The position numbers were made by a program, and so were the translations under genes. This document shows, one piece after another, positions 55,369-64,000 of a DNA stretch of 64,000 nucleotides. The DNA is taken from the IMG/VR virus record IMGVR_UViG_3300021963_000021, positions 1 to 64,000 of that record; one strand, given 5' to 3'. The notes under the pieces are model-generated. The model was not told the DNA's origin, did not search any database, and was given only the letters and a program-made list of their open reading frames with translations. Every line of letters starts with the position of its first letter. Position 1 is the first letter of the stretch.

Positions 55369-56922
55369 TTATAGCCTGCCCACAACCACTTCTATAACGC
55401 CTTCGACGCCATCAAAGTTTTCTAGAGCCTTGCCGATTACGGTTCCGACTTTTGGGTCACTTGAAGGTCTAGCATATCCACCACCACTTGCGACCATCAT
55501 ATCACCTTTGTGGATTTTTCCTCGAACTTTACATGGCACACGCCCTTGTAATGCCAACGGAACTACATGTTTGCCTTCTAAATGACCATTCATTAAATGC
55601 GCAGGCTGTGTAGAAACAATGCCTGCTACACGTCTTGTTTCGTCTGATGCTACGGTTACTTCATAGTCTCCGCCAAATTCTAATACTGTTCCGGGTTCGT
55701 AGGCAGCATCTGCCAAATAATTTTCTGCCAAGTCCGCCCATTGTGCTTGTGTTGATGTAACTGTAAGAACATCAGTTGCTGTATTCAATGTCACTGTGCT
55801 CTTAGCATAAAGAGACTGCCCAGATACAGAGTCTGTTCCTGTAGAAAGCACCAACGGATATGAGCCAGTACTAACAGCCTGTACAATTACAGCCTGTGCT
55901 GTTCCGCCACTTCCGCCTCCACCACCAGAGGACGAAAAGGTTATAGTATCAGAAGCAGCATTGGTAGTAATAGTCATGCCTGTGCCTGCTACAAATGTCA
56001 ACGTGTCACTTGCTCTTTCAGCTATGACATTGGATTGTCCAGATACCGCAATAGTAGTAAAAGAATTACCAGAAGATACTGTTCCGCCACCTCCGCTGCT
56101 AGATCCGCTGCTGCCTGTGTTGGTAATAGTAATTGAATCCGTCAATGGATCTGTAATAATACTGATTCCAGTACCGGCAACTAGTGTAACTCTATCATTT
56201 GGTGTTTCGGCTACTACATCAGATTCGCCTGCTACAGATATTTTATTAAAATAGGTAAATGCCTGACCACCTATAGTCGAACCTGCGGGTACTTCTATGG
56301 CATTTGAACCTGTGCTAGATATTACTGCGCCATTTAGATTTAACACACCACCTAGGTATAAATTGTCCCAAGGTGCTGCTGCGGTCCCAAGATCGTGAAC
56401 AAATCCTAAATCTGGAATTATATCTCTGTCAACAGCGCCTAGATTTATAGTCGAACCACCTCCAGATATAGGAGGTCCACCTGGTGTTGGGTCAGGTACT
56501 AAAAAGGTAGGACTCTGAGGACGCTCAATGGCATTAAGAACTCCAGAGTAATGTGCTCTATATATGGCTTTCAGACCGTTGTAGTCAGCAATTTTTGGTG
56601 ATAGTTTCAGTGACAGATAACTGTCGTTGACTTCTACAGACACATCAACTAATTCGTCATCAATAGCTACACGACCAACAATAGAATAGTTGGCATAATC
56701 GGGTCTAGCTACAACTAGGACTTGAAGTGTTTCTTTTTTGTTAGAATTAAATTCTAAAGAAATTTGATAGCTAGCACTGGCAAAGTCGCCTACATACCAG
56801 CGATCAATTTCAGTAGAATCAAAGATTTGAATCCAGGGCCCTTTGTGGAGAAAATTGACCCCATTTTTAAACTGTAGGGTATTTTTTACATTAGGTATAA
56901 AATAATTGTTAAAATCGGTCAT
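55369..56922 (-). CDS. tail fibre protein with C-terminal chaperone/peptidase-like domain
   Basis: Duplicated IAVSGQS.V.A....DTLT.VAGTG repeat; ADLAENY...GRVPCKV...IGKALE C-terminus. Confidence 0.8.
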   Translation of the reverse strand: MTDFNNYFIPNVKNTLQFKNGVNFLHKGPWIQIFDSTEIDRWYVGDFASASYQISLEFNSNKKETLQVLVVARPDYANYSIVGRVAIDDELVDVSVEVNDSYLSLKLSPKIADYNGLKAIYRAHYSGVLNAIERPQSPTFLVPDPTPGGPPISGGGSTINLGAVDRDIIPDLGFVHDLGTAAAPWDNLYLGGVLNLNGAVISSTGSNAIEVPAGSTIGGQAFTYFNKISVAGESDVVAETPNDRVTLVAGTGISIITDPLTDSITITNTGSSGSSSGGGGTVSSGNSFTTIAVSGQSNVIAERASDTLTFVAGTGMTITTNAASDTITFSSSGGGGGSGGTAQAVIVQAVSTGSYPLVLSTGTDSVSGQSLYAKSTVTLNTATDVLTVTSTQAQWADLAENYLADAAYEPGTVLEFGGDYEVTVASDETRRVAGIVSTQPAHLMNGHLEGKHVVPLALQGRVPCKVRGKIHKGDMMVASGGGYARPSSDPKVGTVIGKALENFDGVEGVIEVVVGRL

Positions 56923-56966
56923 AGCTCGCTCGGGGTTATTATGTATTTAACAGATTTTATCCATAA

Positions 56967-56993
56967 TAAAAAACCCCCTTGCGGGGGTCTTTA
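56967..56993 (-). terminator. intrinsic terminator
   Basis: ACCCCC-GCAA-GGGGGTTTTTT. Confidence 0.88.
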
Positions 56994-56994
56994 A

Positions 56995-58821
56995 TTAGCT
57001 ATTTGCTATTTTTACCAACTTACCGTATTCTGGCAAGTATAGGTATTCAATATCGCTGCGTACTAGCGTATCTATAGCATCATCTAGTGTTTCTACTAGT
57101 GGGTCGCCACCTAAATTAAAGCTGGTGTTAAACAAGATAGGAATACCTGTTTCTTCTTTGAATGCTTTGATTAGATCATAGTAATGTTTGTTTTGCTCTT
57201 GTGTAACTGTCTGTATACGACAAGTGCCATCAACGTGAATAATACTTGGGATCTTTTCAGCAATACCGGGCTTACAATTTACAGCATACATCATGTGAGG
57301 GCTTGAACCCATTCCTCGCAGATCAAACCACTCATGAACATCGTCTTGTAGAATAGATCCTGCGAAGGGTCTAAAATACTCGCGACGTTTGACCATGTTT
57401 ACGAAGTCTTTTCCATCTTCAAAAGTTGGATCAAAAAGCACACTTCTGTTACCAAGTGCTCTAGGACCGTTCTCACTGCGTCCTTGGAAAATAGTAACAA
57501 TATTTTTTTCACGCAACAATTTAACAACATCTTTATGTGTAGCATCAGTCATTGTTCCGTCTGCAAACTTAACTTTTTCTTCTATTTCATCGACAGTGTA
57601 GATCTGTTCTGGGCCAAGATACAGCGTATCTAACTTGTGAACAGTCATGTTATCATCTAAAGCATGCCAGAACATCAAAGCAGCACCCATAGCAGTACCA
57701 GCATCATTGGAAATTGGTTCTACATAAATTTCGATGCCGTCTTTTTCTAAATGTTCTAGATAGAAATAATTGGCCACACAGTTTAGGCCGTAGCCGCCAC
57801 TGATAACTACACGCTTCTTGCCGCTCATTGCTGAGGCTTTACGAATCAAATTCAGTACCTGTTCCTGTGTCTGAGTTTGTACAGCATAGGCCAAGTCTCT
57901 TCTATTCTGTAGTGTAGTCACATCAGTTTTTTCATCTGTAGGATTTTCATCTAAGAATTCAAACATATCTGCGTTAACTGTAGAACTTGACGGATACATT
58001 GGTATGATCAAATTTCTATTTGACACAGGAAACTTTGCGTTAGATTCAAACAGCGGAGGAATCTTATCGTTAGGTTTACCATATGGAAATAGTCCCATAG
58101 TTTTTCCAGCTTCGATAGCTGAAAATCCACAGTACTCAGTTACACCTTCGTAGGTCTTAACAATGCCAGCACGGTCTGTTACCCATGCTTCGTGTGTTTC
58201 GCCCTGTTCACCAAATTGGTCAGAAGCTAACTTGTCATAATACTGCGCAGGAATACCTTCTCTAGTTCCATAGTGTTTATACAATGTTTTAAACTGTGAA
58301 GGATAGTTACAGTCAACAATAGATTCTACTTCATACGACCATATCTGTTGTCCGTTAAATGACAGTGGAATAAAAGTTCCTGCTCCGTCAACAATAAGTG
58401 CTACAGCATCTTCCCATCCTGAACGATAAAACGCACAGGCAGCATGTAGTTTGTGATGCATAAAGCTGAGATCAATAATCTGTGGGTGATTATAGATATT
58501 GGCTTTACGATCAATTAATCCCATCTTACGAGCTAGACCAGTATAGACATCGTCACCGGTATAGTCGACTCTGCCAGCTGTGTCGCCAAGTTTTTGTGTG
58601 TGAGCAATGATCAAATAATCTAACTTGTCTGTATATTCTAAAATTTTCATTATAGACGCATACGGACCGCCGTCATACTTGTGTCTTGTTAGTCGTTCTT
58701 CCTCAATAGAAAATACGATTTCACCATCTTTTAATAAGCAAACACCAGCATTATGGCCACGAGCTACGGCTGCGATCCAACCGCTTTTTAATCTTGGAGT
58801 TAAATCTTGTTGTTCGTTCAT
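56995..58821 (-). CDS. carbamoyltransferase (NodU/CmcH family), full length
   Basis: EEERLTR.K, HHKLHA, DGAG, GKTMGL, GPRALGNRS, KRREYFRPFA, HVDGT.R.Q, NTSFN. Confidence 0.93.
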   Translation of the reverse strand: MNEQQDLTPRLKSGWIAAVARGHNAGVCLLKDGEIVFSIEEERLTRHKYDGGPYASIMKILEYTDKLDYLIIAHTQKLGDTAGRVDYTGDDVYTGLARKMGLIDRKANIYNHPQIIDLSFMHHKLHAACAFYRSGWEDAVALIVDGAGTFIPLSFNGQQIWSYEVESIVDCNYPSQFKTLYKHYGTREGIPAQYYDKLASDQFGEQGETHEAWVTDRAGIVKTYEGVTEYCGFSAIEAGKTMGLFPYGKPNDKIPPLFESNAKFPVSNRNLIIPMYPSSSTVNADMFEFLDENPTDEKTDVTTLQNRRDLAYAVQTQTQEQVLNLIRKASAMSGKKRVVISGGYGLNCVANYFYLEHLEKDGIEIYVEPISNDAGTAMGAALMFWHALDDNMTVHKLDTLYLGPEQIYTVDEIEEKVKFADGTMTDATHKDVVKLLREKNIVTIFQGRSENGPRALGNRSVLFDPTFEDGKDFVNMVKRREYFRPFAGSILQDDVHEWFDLRGMGSSPHMMYAVNCKPGIAEKIPSIIHVDGTCRIQTVTQEQNKHYYDLIKAFKEETGIPILFNTSFNLGGDPLVETLDDAIDTLVRSDIEYLYLPEYGKLVKIANS

Positions 58822-59762
58822 TTCTTATGTTTTCCTAAAACAGCATCAACGACATAATCTATAATTTCAGGCGTCATTGACATTAGATTTTCATGCTTTC
58901 TATCTATACGTTCGTCCATTGTAATACGTATAGGGCTGTATTCACGCAGTTCTTCGCCCATGTCTAATACATTAAAGTTTTTGGCATTAGGATATGAAAC
59001 GTTTATAGGATAGGTAGAACCAAATACCACAGTTGATGGCTTATCCATTGCGTAGGCCAAGTGCTGGCCTAGACTATCACAACCTAAGAAATGATCTGCG
59101 TATTTGATTACAGCAGCCCATTGACGTATACTGATATTTTCAGGGAACGCAATTTCATCTTTGATAGTTTTTTCTTGAGTTAGGTCTAGTTTTATTTCGC
59201 TCATCATTATTACAGCAAATCCTTTTTCCTGTAACTTCTGTATGATTTTCTTAACATCTTTGTATTCAATACTGCGAGCAGTTCTGTCTACAAACGATTC
59301 GTCGAGATATTCTATGCCTCTACCAAACGGCTGGAATACAATTACTTTTTCTTTTTTTAATTTCTTTTTAACTTCAGCAATTAGTTGACGACCGGCAATT
59401 AATTCATCCTTGCTGAGTCTCAACGTAGGTCTTGGTAATTCTCTAATACCCTGCTTGTTTAATTCGATATCAATGGCTTGGCTAATACTACATTTTTGAT
59501 TGTAATATTCCCAGACACGATACGGTTCAATTGTGTAGATATCTTTGTCTTTGAGTTTCTCTACGAACAGATTCTTGTGCCAAACGTCATAGGTTCTAGC
59601 ATCAAGGGTGGGGTGTCCTTTAAACACATCTGTGCCACCTTCGCAAACGATAATAAAATCTTTATCTCCGGACTCTTGTTCGTACTTTTCAAAAGCAGGT
59701 ACTGAACAAAGCATACGGCCTGCGCCGCCATTAATAAAGAATGCTTTAGAGCGTTTTTCCAT
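58818..59762 (-). CDS. GT9-like (ADP-heptose-type) glycosyltransferase
   Basis: GGAGR, VFQPFG, IKYADHFLGCDSLGQHLA, STVVFGST. Confidence 0.7.
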   Translation of the reverse strand: MEKRSKAFFINGGAGRMLCSVPAFEKYEQESGDKDFIIVCEGGTDVFKGHPTLDARTYDVWHKNLFVEKLKDKDIYTIEPYRVWEYYNQKCSISQAIDIELNKQGIRELPRPTLRLSKDELIAGRQLIAEVKKKLKKEKVIVFQPFGRGIEYLDESFVDRTARSIEYKDVKKIIQKLQEKGFAVIMMSEIKLDLTQEKTIKDEIAFPENISIRQWAAVIKYADHFLGCDSLGQHLAYAMDKPSTVVFGSTYPINVSYPNAKNFNVLDMGEELREYSPIRITMDERIDRKHENLMSMTPEIIDYVVDAVLGKHKK

Positions 59763-59769
59763 TTATACT

Positions 59770-59830
59770 CCAAGAAAATAGGTTCTGTGTACTATGTATC
59801 AAACAATAATAACACAGAACCTATTCTTGG
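59770..59830 (-). promoter_or_regulatory. RBS-overlapping hairpin with late-promoter-like GATACATA in its loop
   Basis: 14-bp perfect inverted repeat 59777-59790 / 59812-59825, extended by CCAAG/CTTGG. Confidence 0.6.
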
Positions 59831-59840
59831 TTCAAGTATT

Positions 59841-60485
59841 TTAATAGAAAGTTGGTAAGTCGCTTGGGAAAGGAATCTTCCAGTGATCTACATCAGCATA
59901 TGTAGTTTCAAGGTTTTGTAGCCATTCTAAATGGTCTTCCATTTTTTGAATGTCTTCAGCGGAATACATCATTTCTGCTGCGTGTGCCAATGATCTTTCT
60001 ACAGACTCAATTAGACTTGGGATTGAAGCTAAGAAACTTGCTCTTGAGTTTGCGTGTTCACGGAATCTCGGTCCAACAAATGCTCCGTTGATATATTTCA
60101 TATCGTTAGTCCAACGACATTGACCTAGCGCACCCTGTTTCTGATCATAATGGTATGTGTATGTTCCACCAGGTACTTCTTCTTCATACGTTGGAATTTC
60201 TTCTACATACTCGTACTGATTAGTTAGGTACGCACATTGATATGTGTATTCGTCTGCGTCAATTTTGTAAAAAGTAGTTGCTGGATCGTCATCAACTAAA
60301 TCTTCAAAATTTAAATCCGCCTCAGTTTCGGCTCGTCTAGCGATGTATTTTATCTCGCCAGTTGCGTCAATAACGCAAATAGCAAGGTATCTTGAACCGG
60401 TATAAACAGCATTCACTGTGTTATTGTTAACAGTGGTAGTCTTATATGGCTCATCTGGTAGTAAAAAAGTAAATGCTTTTCTCAT
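59841..60485 (-). CDS. putative tail fibre assembly/chaperone protein
   Basis: Acidic; C-terminal W...L...WKIPFP resembling Tfa-like ends; follows the Cys-rich genes. Confidence 0.5.
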   Translation of the reverse strand: MRKAFTFLLPDEPYKTTTVNNNTVNAVYTGSRYLAICVIDATGEIKYIARRAETEADLNFEDLVDDDPATTFYKIDADEYTYQCAYLTNQYEYVEEIPTYEEEVPGGTYTYHYDQKQGALGQCRWTNDMKYINGAFVGPRFREHANSRASFLASIPSLIESVERSLAHAAEMMYSAEDIQKMEDHLEWLQNLETTYADVDHWKIPFPSDLPTFY

Positions 60486-60507
60486 AATCGTCCTCTAAAT
60501 CTATTTA

Positions 60508-61470
60508 TCAAAAGAATCTAATGCGTACAGCACCATGACCGCCACGTCCTGCGTGATCTCTATGGTCTGGACAAGGTCTCGGTGCCCACCCACCAATTCC
60601 CGGTGGAATGTAAGGAGTACAGCCCTGCATTTCATAACAGCCACATGCTCGGTCTGAACGCCAGCAGTAACTCATTGGAATTCCTACCTGCGGACTTCTT
60701 GACATAGCAGCCACAGCATTCATGGACTGCATTTTTCCTTGACCGTTCATACCGTTTGAGTGTCTGTTATCGTCCTCGGTTTGCCAAGAAGCAGCACCAC
60801 CGTTACAGCCGTATAATCCAGGAGGCGCAGCGACCCAATACTGGAAGCAACAGGTACATGTTGGTTGACATCCGTTAAACGATGTACAACTAAATGCGCC
60901 ACAGCAGTTAACATCGCCGCCAAATCCGCAGGCAATCCAAATACCTGAGAAGTAATTACAGATCAAACCGCAGTTATCATTATATGGTCCACGAGCACAA
61001 TAGCCGTTAGCAGCAAAACAGCAGAACAAAGAAGTACCTGTTGAGCAGAAAGAACGGCCGCCTGCCCCACCTTGGGCGCACATACAGCCGTTAGCACCAG
61101 CGGCTCCTTGCCAACATAGGGCAGTTGAATCTGAACATCCTCGGAAACAGATAGCATCTGCGTTACCGCAGCTCATTCCAACACCGCCGCAGATAGTTTT
61201 ACCTGCGCAAACTGATATTGTTCTCTTAGAATACGCACCAGCATTACCTGGCAATCCGCCACCGCAGCAGCACATACGAGCACCACTACCACCGGCACCC
61301 CATATTTCTATGACTGCTGTGCCTGTGCCTGGTGCTATCCAGCAAAATCCTGTACATAAGTTAGTGTAAAAAGTAGATGGCGTATAGACCCAGATTCTAC
61401 CCTGTTGGATATTGTCTTCTTCTCTACCTATTGATCGCTGTCTAACCAGCATTTGTAATGATGACGGCAT
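60508..61470 (-). CDS. Gly/Cys-rich virion protein, paralog A
   Basis: EIWGAGGSG...GGHGAVRIRF glycine-rich domain; about 33 Cys in 320 aa. Confidence 0.75.
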   Translation of the reverse strand: MPSSLQMLVRQRSIGREEDNIQQGRIWVYTPSTFYTNLCTGFCWIAPGTGTAVIEIWGAGGSGARMCCCGGGLPGNAGAYSKRTISVCAGKTICGGVGMSCGNADAICFRGCSDSTALCWQGAAGANGCMCAQGGAGGRSFCSTGTSLFCCFAANGYCARGPYNDNCGLICNYFSGIWIACGFGGDVNCCGAFSCTSFNGCQPTCTCCFQYWVAAPPGLYGCNGGAASWQTEDDNRHSNGMNGQGKMQSMNAVAAMSRSPQVGIPMSYCWRSDRACGCYEMQGCTPYIPPGIGGWAPRPCPDHRDHAGRGGHGAVRIRFF

Positions 61471-63283
61471 TGTTTTCTCTCTGTTATTCTAAGAAATTAT
61501 TTCTTGTACCTGCTGCCACGAATCTAATACGCACAGCACCATGACCTCCGCGACCACCCACGTCACGAACATCTGGGCAACCTCTTCCAGCATAACCAGG
61601 AAATCCTGGTGGCATATAAGGTATACAGCCGTTGGATTCTTGACATCCGCATGAACGGCCACCTGTCCAACAGTTGTTATTCATGAATCCCATGCTTGGA
61701 CTCTTGCTGGCGATTCCAAGTCCGGGAAATATTCCGTTAAGTCCTGTTCCTGACCAGTTTTCTGAAGCGTTATCTGCGTCCATTGTGTAGGTAATAACTG
61801 CGCCGCCAGTGCCAAACTTGCCAGGTGGTGTTGCTACGTGATATTGTGTAGCACACGGACATTGTGGTAAGCAACCAAAGAAACTAGTACAGCTAAATCC
61901 ACCAAAACAGTTGATGTCGCCACCGTAGGCCTGAGCACAGCAACCGCCTGTGCCTGGACCATAGTTACAGATAATTCCGCAGCCTGTGCCACCTAATTGT
62001 GTACCGCAGAAGCTGCCTGCTATAAAGCAGCAATAAGGAGCAGTACCTGTAGTACAATAACTTGTACCACCGCGGCCACCTTGAGCACACATACAACCGT
62101 TAGTTGTACTGCTAAACCAACAGGCCTGTGTAGGATCCGAACAACCACGGAAACATAATCCGTCTGTGTTACCGCAGCTAAATCCCACTGTTCCACAGAT
62201 TTTACAGCCAGTGGCCACGGCGAAAGAACGTTTAGCATAAGCGCCAGGATTACCCGGAAGTCCAGCGCCGCAGCAGCACATACGAGCACCACTACCACCA
62301 GCACCCCATAATTCTAATGTTACACAACCTGCGCTAGGCGCTGTCCAGCAAAATCCTGTACAGAAATTTGTTCTTACGTTACCTGGGCTCCATGCCCAAA
62401 CACGACCTTGTTCGAGGTTTTCCTCTTCATCTGCGATGAAGTTTAATTTTGTTCTTATTAATCCTCTAAAACTTGTAGGCATCTTAGAATCCCTCGATAA
62501 ATTTAATTCTGATCATACCGTGTCCGCCTCGGCGTCCTTGATCTCTAACACCTGGACACGGAGCTCCTGCTGATCCTGGATGTCCTGGAGGTATATGTCC
62601 AGAACAACCTTCGTTTTCATAACAGCCGCAACCACCACCGAAGCCCCAGTTATATGCGAACGGAATACCTGAGTTTGGTTTTTTACTTGCTGCTGACAGC
62701 GCAGAAACGTGTTGGTGTGCGCCTTGACCGGACCAGTTTGAGAATTCGTTACCATCTTCTGTGGTAAACACAGCAACACCACCGCATTTAGCATATTGTC
62801 CCGGTGGAATGGCTACATGATAGTGGAAGGAACATGGACATTGTGGTAAGCACCCAGCAAATAGCGTACAGCTAAAACCACCGCAGCGATTAACGTCACC
62901 GCCAAAACCACAGCCAATCCAAGCACCGCCGAAGTAGTTACAGATCAAACCACAGTTATCGTTGTATGGACCACTGAAACAGAACCCTTGGTTGACAAAG
63001 CAACAGAACAAGGATGTGCCTGTAGAACACATCTGTCTACCGCCCAAACCACCTTGAGCACACATACAACCGCTTGCTCCGCAGTTTCCGTACCAATATA
63101 ACCCTGAGGCATCCGAACAGCCTTTAAAACATAGTCCTTCGTTACCACAGGCATAACCCACTGAACCGCAGATAAAGCAACCTGCGTTCATTCTTATTGT
63201 TTTCTTAGCATAGCCGCCTGCGTTACCTGGCAATCCGCCACCGCAGCAGCACATACGAGCACCACTACCACCAGCACCCCATA
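61244..63283. repeat. identical DNA blocks shared by the three Cys-rich paralogs
   Basis: 50 bp identical at 61244-61293 and 63223-63272; 43 bp identical at 62268-62310 and 63241-63283. Confidence 0.8.
61484..62482 (-). CDS. Gly/Cys-rich virion protein, paralog B
   Basis: Same framework incl. ARMCCCG. Confidence 0.75.
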   Translation of the reverse strand: MPTSFRGLIRTKLNFIADEEENLEQGRVWAWSPGNVRTNFCTGFCWTAPSAGCVTLELWGAGGSGARMCCCGAGLPGNPGAYAKRSFAVATGCKICGTVGFSCGNTDGLCFRGCSDPTQACWFSSTTNGCMCAQGGRGGTSYCTTGTAPYCCFIAGSFCGTQLGGTGCGIICNYGPGTGGCCAQAYGGDINCFGGFSCTSFFGCLPQCPCATQYHVATPPGKFGTGGAVITYTMDADNASENWSGTGLNGIFPGLGIASKSPSMGFMNNNCWTGGRSCGCQESNGCIPYMPPGFPGYAGRGCPDVRDVGGRGGHGAVRIRFVAAGTRNNFLE

Positions 63284-63458
63284 GCTCAATCACAGCAGTA
63301 CCGCAGGTAGGGGCAATCCAGCACATGGTAAACTGTGAAAAGTCGTTGCCTGGTGTATAAACCCAAACTCTTCCTCTTTCTAAATTTTCTTCAGCGCCTG
63401 CTGAGGTATAGAAAGAGTTAGTCTTGGTTCCTATCAGGCTTTTAAATGATGTTGGCAT
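62484..63458 (-). CDS. Gly/Cys-rich virion protein, paralog C
   Basis: Same framework incl. ARMCCCG. Confidence 0.75.
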   Translation of the reverse strand: MPTSFKSLIGTKTNSFYTSAGAEENLERGRVWVYTPGNDFSQFTMCWIAPTCGTAVIELWGAGGSGARMCCCGGGLPGNAGGYAKKTIRMNAGCFICGSVGYACGNEGLCFKGCSDASGLYWYGNCGASGCMCAQGGLGGRQMCSTGTSLFCCFVNQGFCFSGPYNDNCGLICNYFGGAWIGCGFGGDVNRCGGFSCTLFAGCLPQCPCSFHYHVAIPPGQYAKCGGVAVFTTEDGNEFSNWSGQGAHQHVSALSAASKKPNSGIPFAYNWGFGGGCGCYENEGCSGHIPPGHPGSAGAPCPGVRDQGRRGGHGMIRIKFIEGF

Positions 63459-63500
63459 ATTGTTCTCGCTTCCTGTAAGTTGTGAATATCGCTCGCATCA

Positions 63501-63833
63501 TTAAGCCGATGATACAATCCATCCGTAGTTTGATCCTGTGTACACTAGTGTGATAATAGATCCGTTAATGTCTATTGTTAGATCGTCAGCAATATTCTGT
63601 ATCTTAGCACCATTTCTAGCAACAGTGATGTTGTTAGTAGCTGCTGATGCGCCAATATCAATGATCTGAATAGTGTCATTCAAAAACAGTGTGTTTGATG
63701 CCGGCAGCGTTATGGTAAATGCTGTGCTTGAAGAATTTGCTAAAATTCTGTCGTTTACTGAAGCGTTGAAGGTATTACTAACTTCACGTATAGTAGTACC
63801 TGCTGTTCCAGTTGTTGTGATATATCTTCCCAT
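63501..63833 (-). CDS. small tail-fibre-repeat domain protein
   Basis: FTITLPA...D.IQIID...NNITVARNG.KI...LVY...GW (T4 gp34-like repeat); late box 63851-63856. Confidence 0.75.
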   Translation of the reverse strand: MGRYITTTGTAGTTIREVSNTFNASVNDRILANSSSTAFTITLPASNTLFLNDTIQIIDIGASAATNNITVARNGAKIQNIADDLTIDINGSIITLVYTGSNYGWIVSSA

Positions 63834-63858
63834 TTAAGTCCCCTATGGAATATTTATT

Positions 63859-63999
63859 TTATAACGTAGATGTTTCAAGTCCGAACGCTACGGCACTTAT
63901 GTTTGCTTGGTTACTGTAAACCACCAAAACTTTGCCTGCGTCCATGACTATACCAGTTCTTTCAAGCACACCTTTACCTAAAAGTTCTGTGTCGTATTC
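63859..63999 (-). CDS. partial virion protein (3' end)
   Basis: Open frame EYDTELLGKGVLERTGIVMDAGKVLVVYS...FGLETSTL to TAA at 63859. Confidence 0.65.
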   Translation of the reverse strand, partial: EYDTELLGKGVLERTGIVMDAGKVLVVYSNQANISAVAFGLETSTL

Positions 64000-64000
64000 T

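Noticed and set aside
223-63154. Numerous short antisense or alternate-frame ORFs (e.g. 223-459, 6631-7062, 32779-33222, 50041-50364, 62020-62304)
   Set aside because: They are shadows of well-supported genes, lacking RBS, promoter or recognisable motifs
60508-63458. Diversity-generating retroelement acting on the Cys-rich genes
   Set aside because: No reverse transcriptase in the window; shared blocks are identical rather than differing at adenines, and lie near the 5' ends
60508-63458. RiPP precursors (ranthipeptide/sactipeptide)
   Set aside because: Proteins are over 300 aa with a glycine-rich fibre-domain framework, and no radical SAM enzyme is in the window
1-64000. tRNA, rRNA or tmRNA genes
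   Set aside because: Intergenic gaps are short and I saw no cloverleaf with T-loop and acceptor stem; tRNAscan-SE would be needed to exclude them fully
1-64000. Stop-codon reassignment
   Set aside because: Core genes are full length in the standard code and TAA, TGA and TAG all terminate genes

Overview
A 64-kb segment of a large lytic myophage genome with a distantly T4-like gene set, read in the standard genetic code. I found no tRNA, rRNA, CRISPR array, integrase or reverse transcriptase. From left to right: (1) a GC-richer early/host-takeover strip of small genes, each with its own sigma70 promoter, plus GIY-YIG, TraR/DksA, 2OG-Fe(II) oxygenase, YccA/BI-1 and a Pol-beta-type nucleotidyltransferase; (2) replication genes (gp41/DnaB helicase, primase, a 189-aa miniature DnaE-like core, UvsW); (3) an ~8-kb glycosyltransferase/methyltransferase island; (4) UvsY, RecA/UvsX and gp32; (5) packaging, head, tail and neck genes; (6) an ADP-heptose operon; (7) a 2608-aa fibre/baseplate protein, further fibres, a carbamoyltransferase, a GT9-like transferase and three tandem Gly/Cys-rich paralogs. 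The most notable observations are five phycobiliprotein-like (K-C-x-R/N-D) globin-type repeats in the giant virion protein, the compressed DnaE palm core, the three ~10%-Cys fibre paralogs, a late-expressed heptose/carbamoyl glycosylation toolkit that may decorate the virion, a hidden 29-aa peptide coupling primase to a half-carbamoyltransferase, and pervasive leaderless promoter architecture. All family assignments come from motif recognition by eye; no searches were run.
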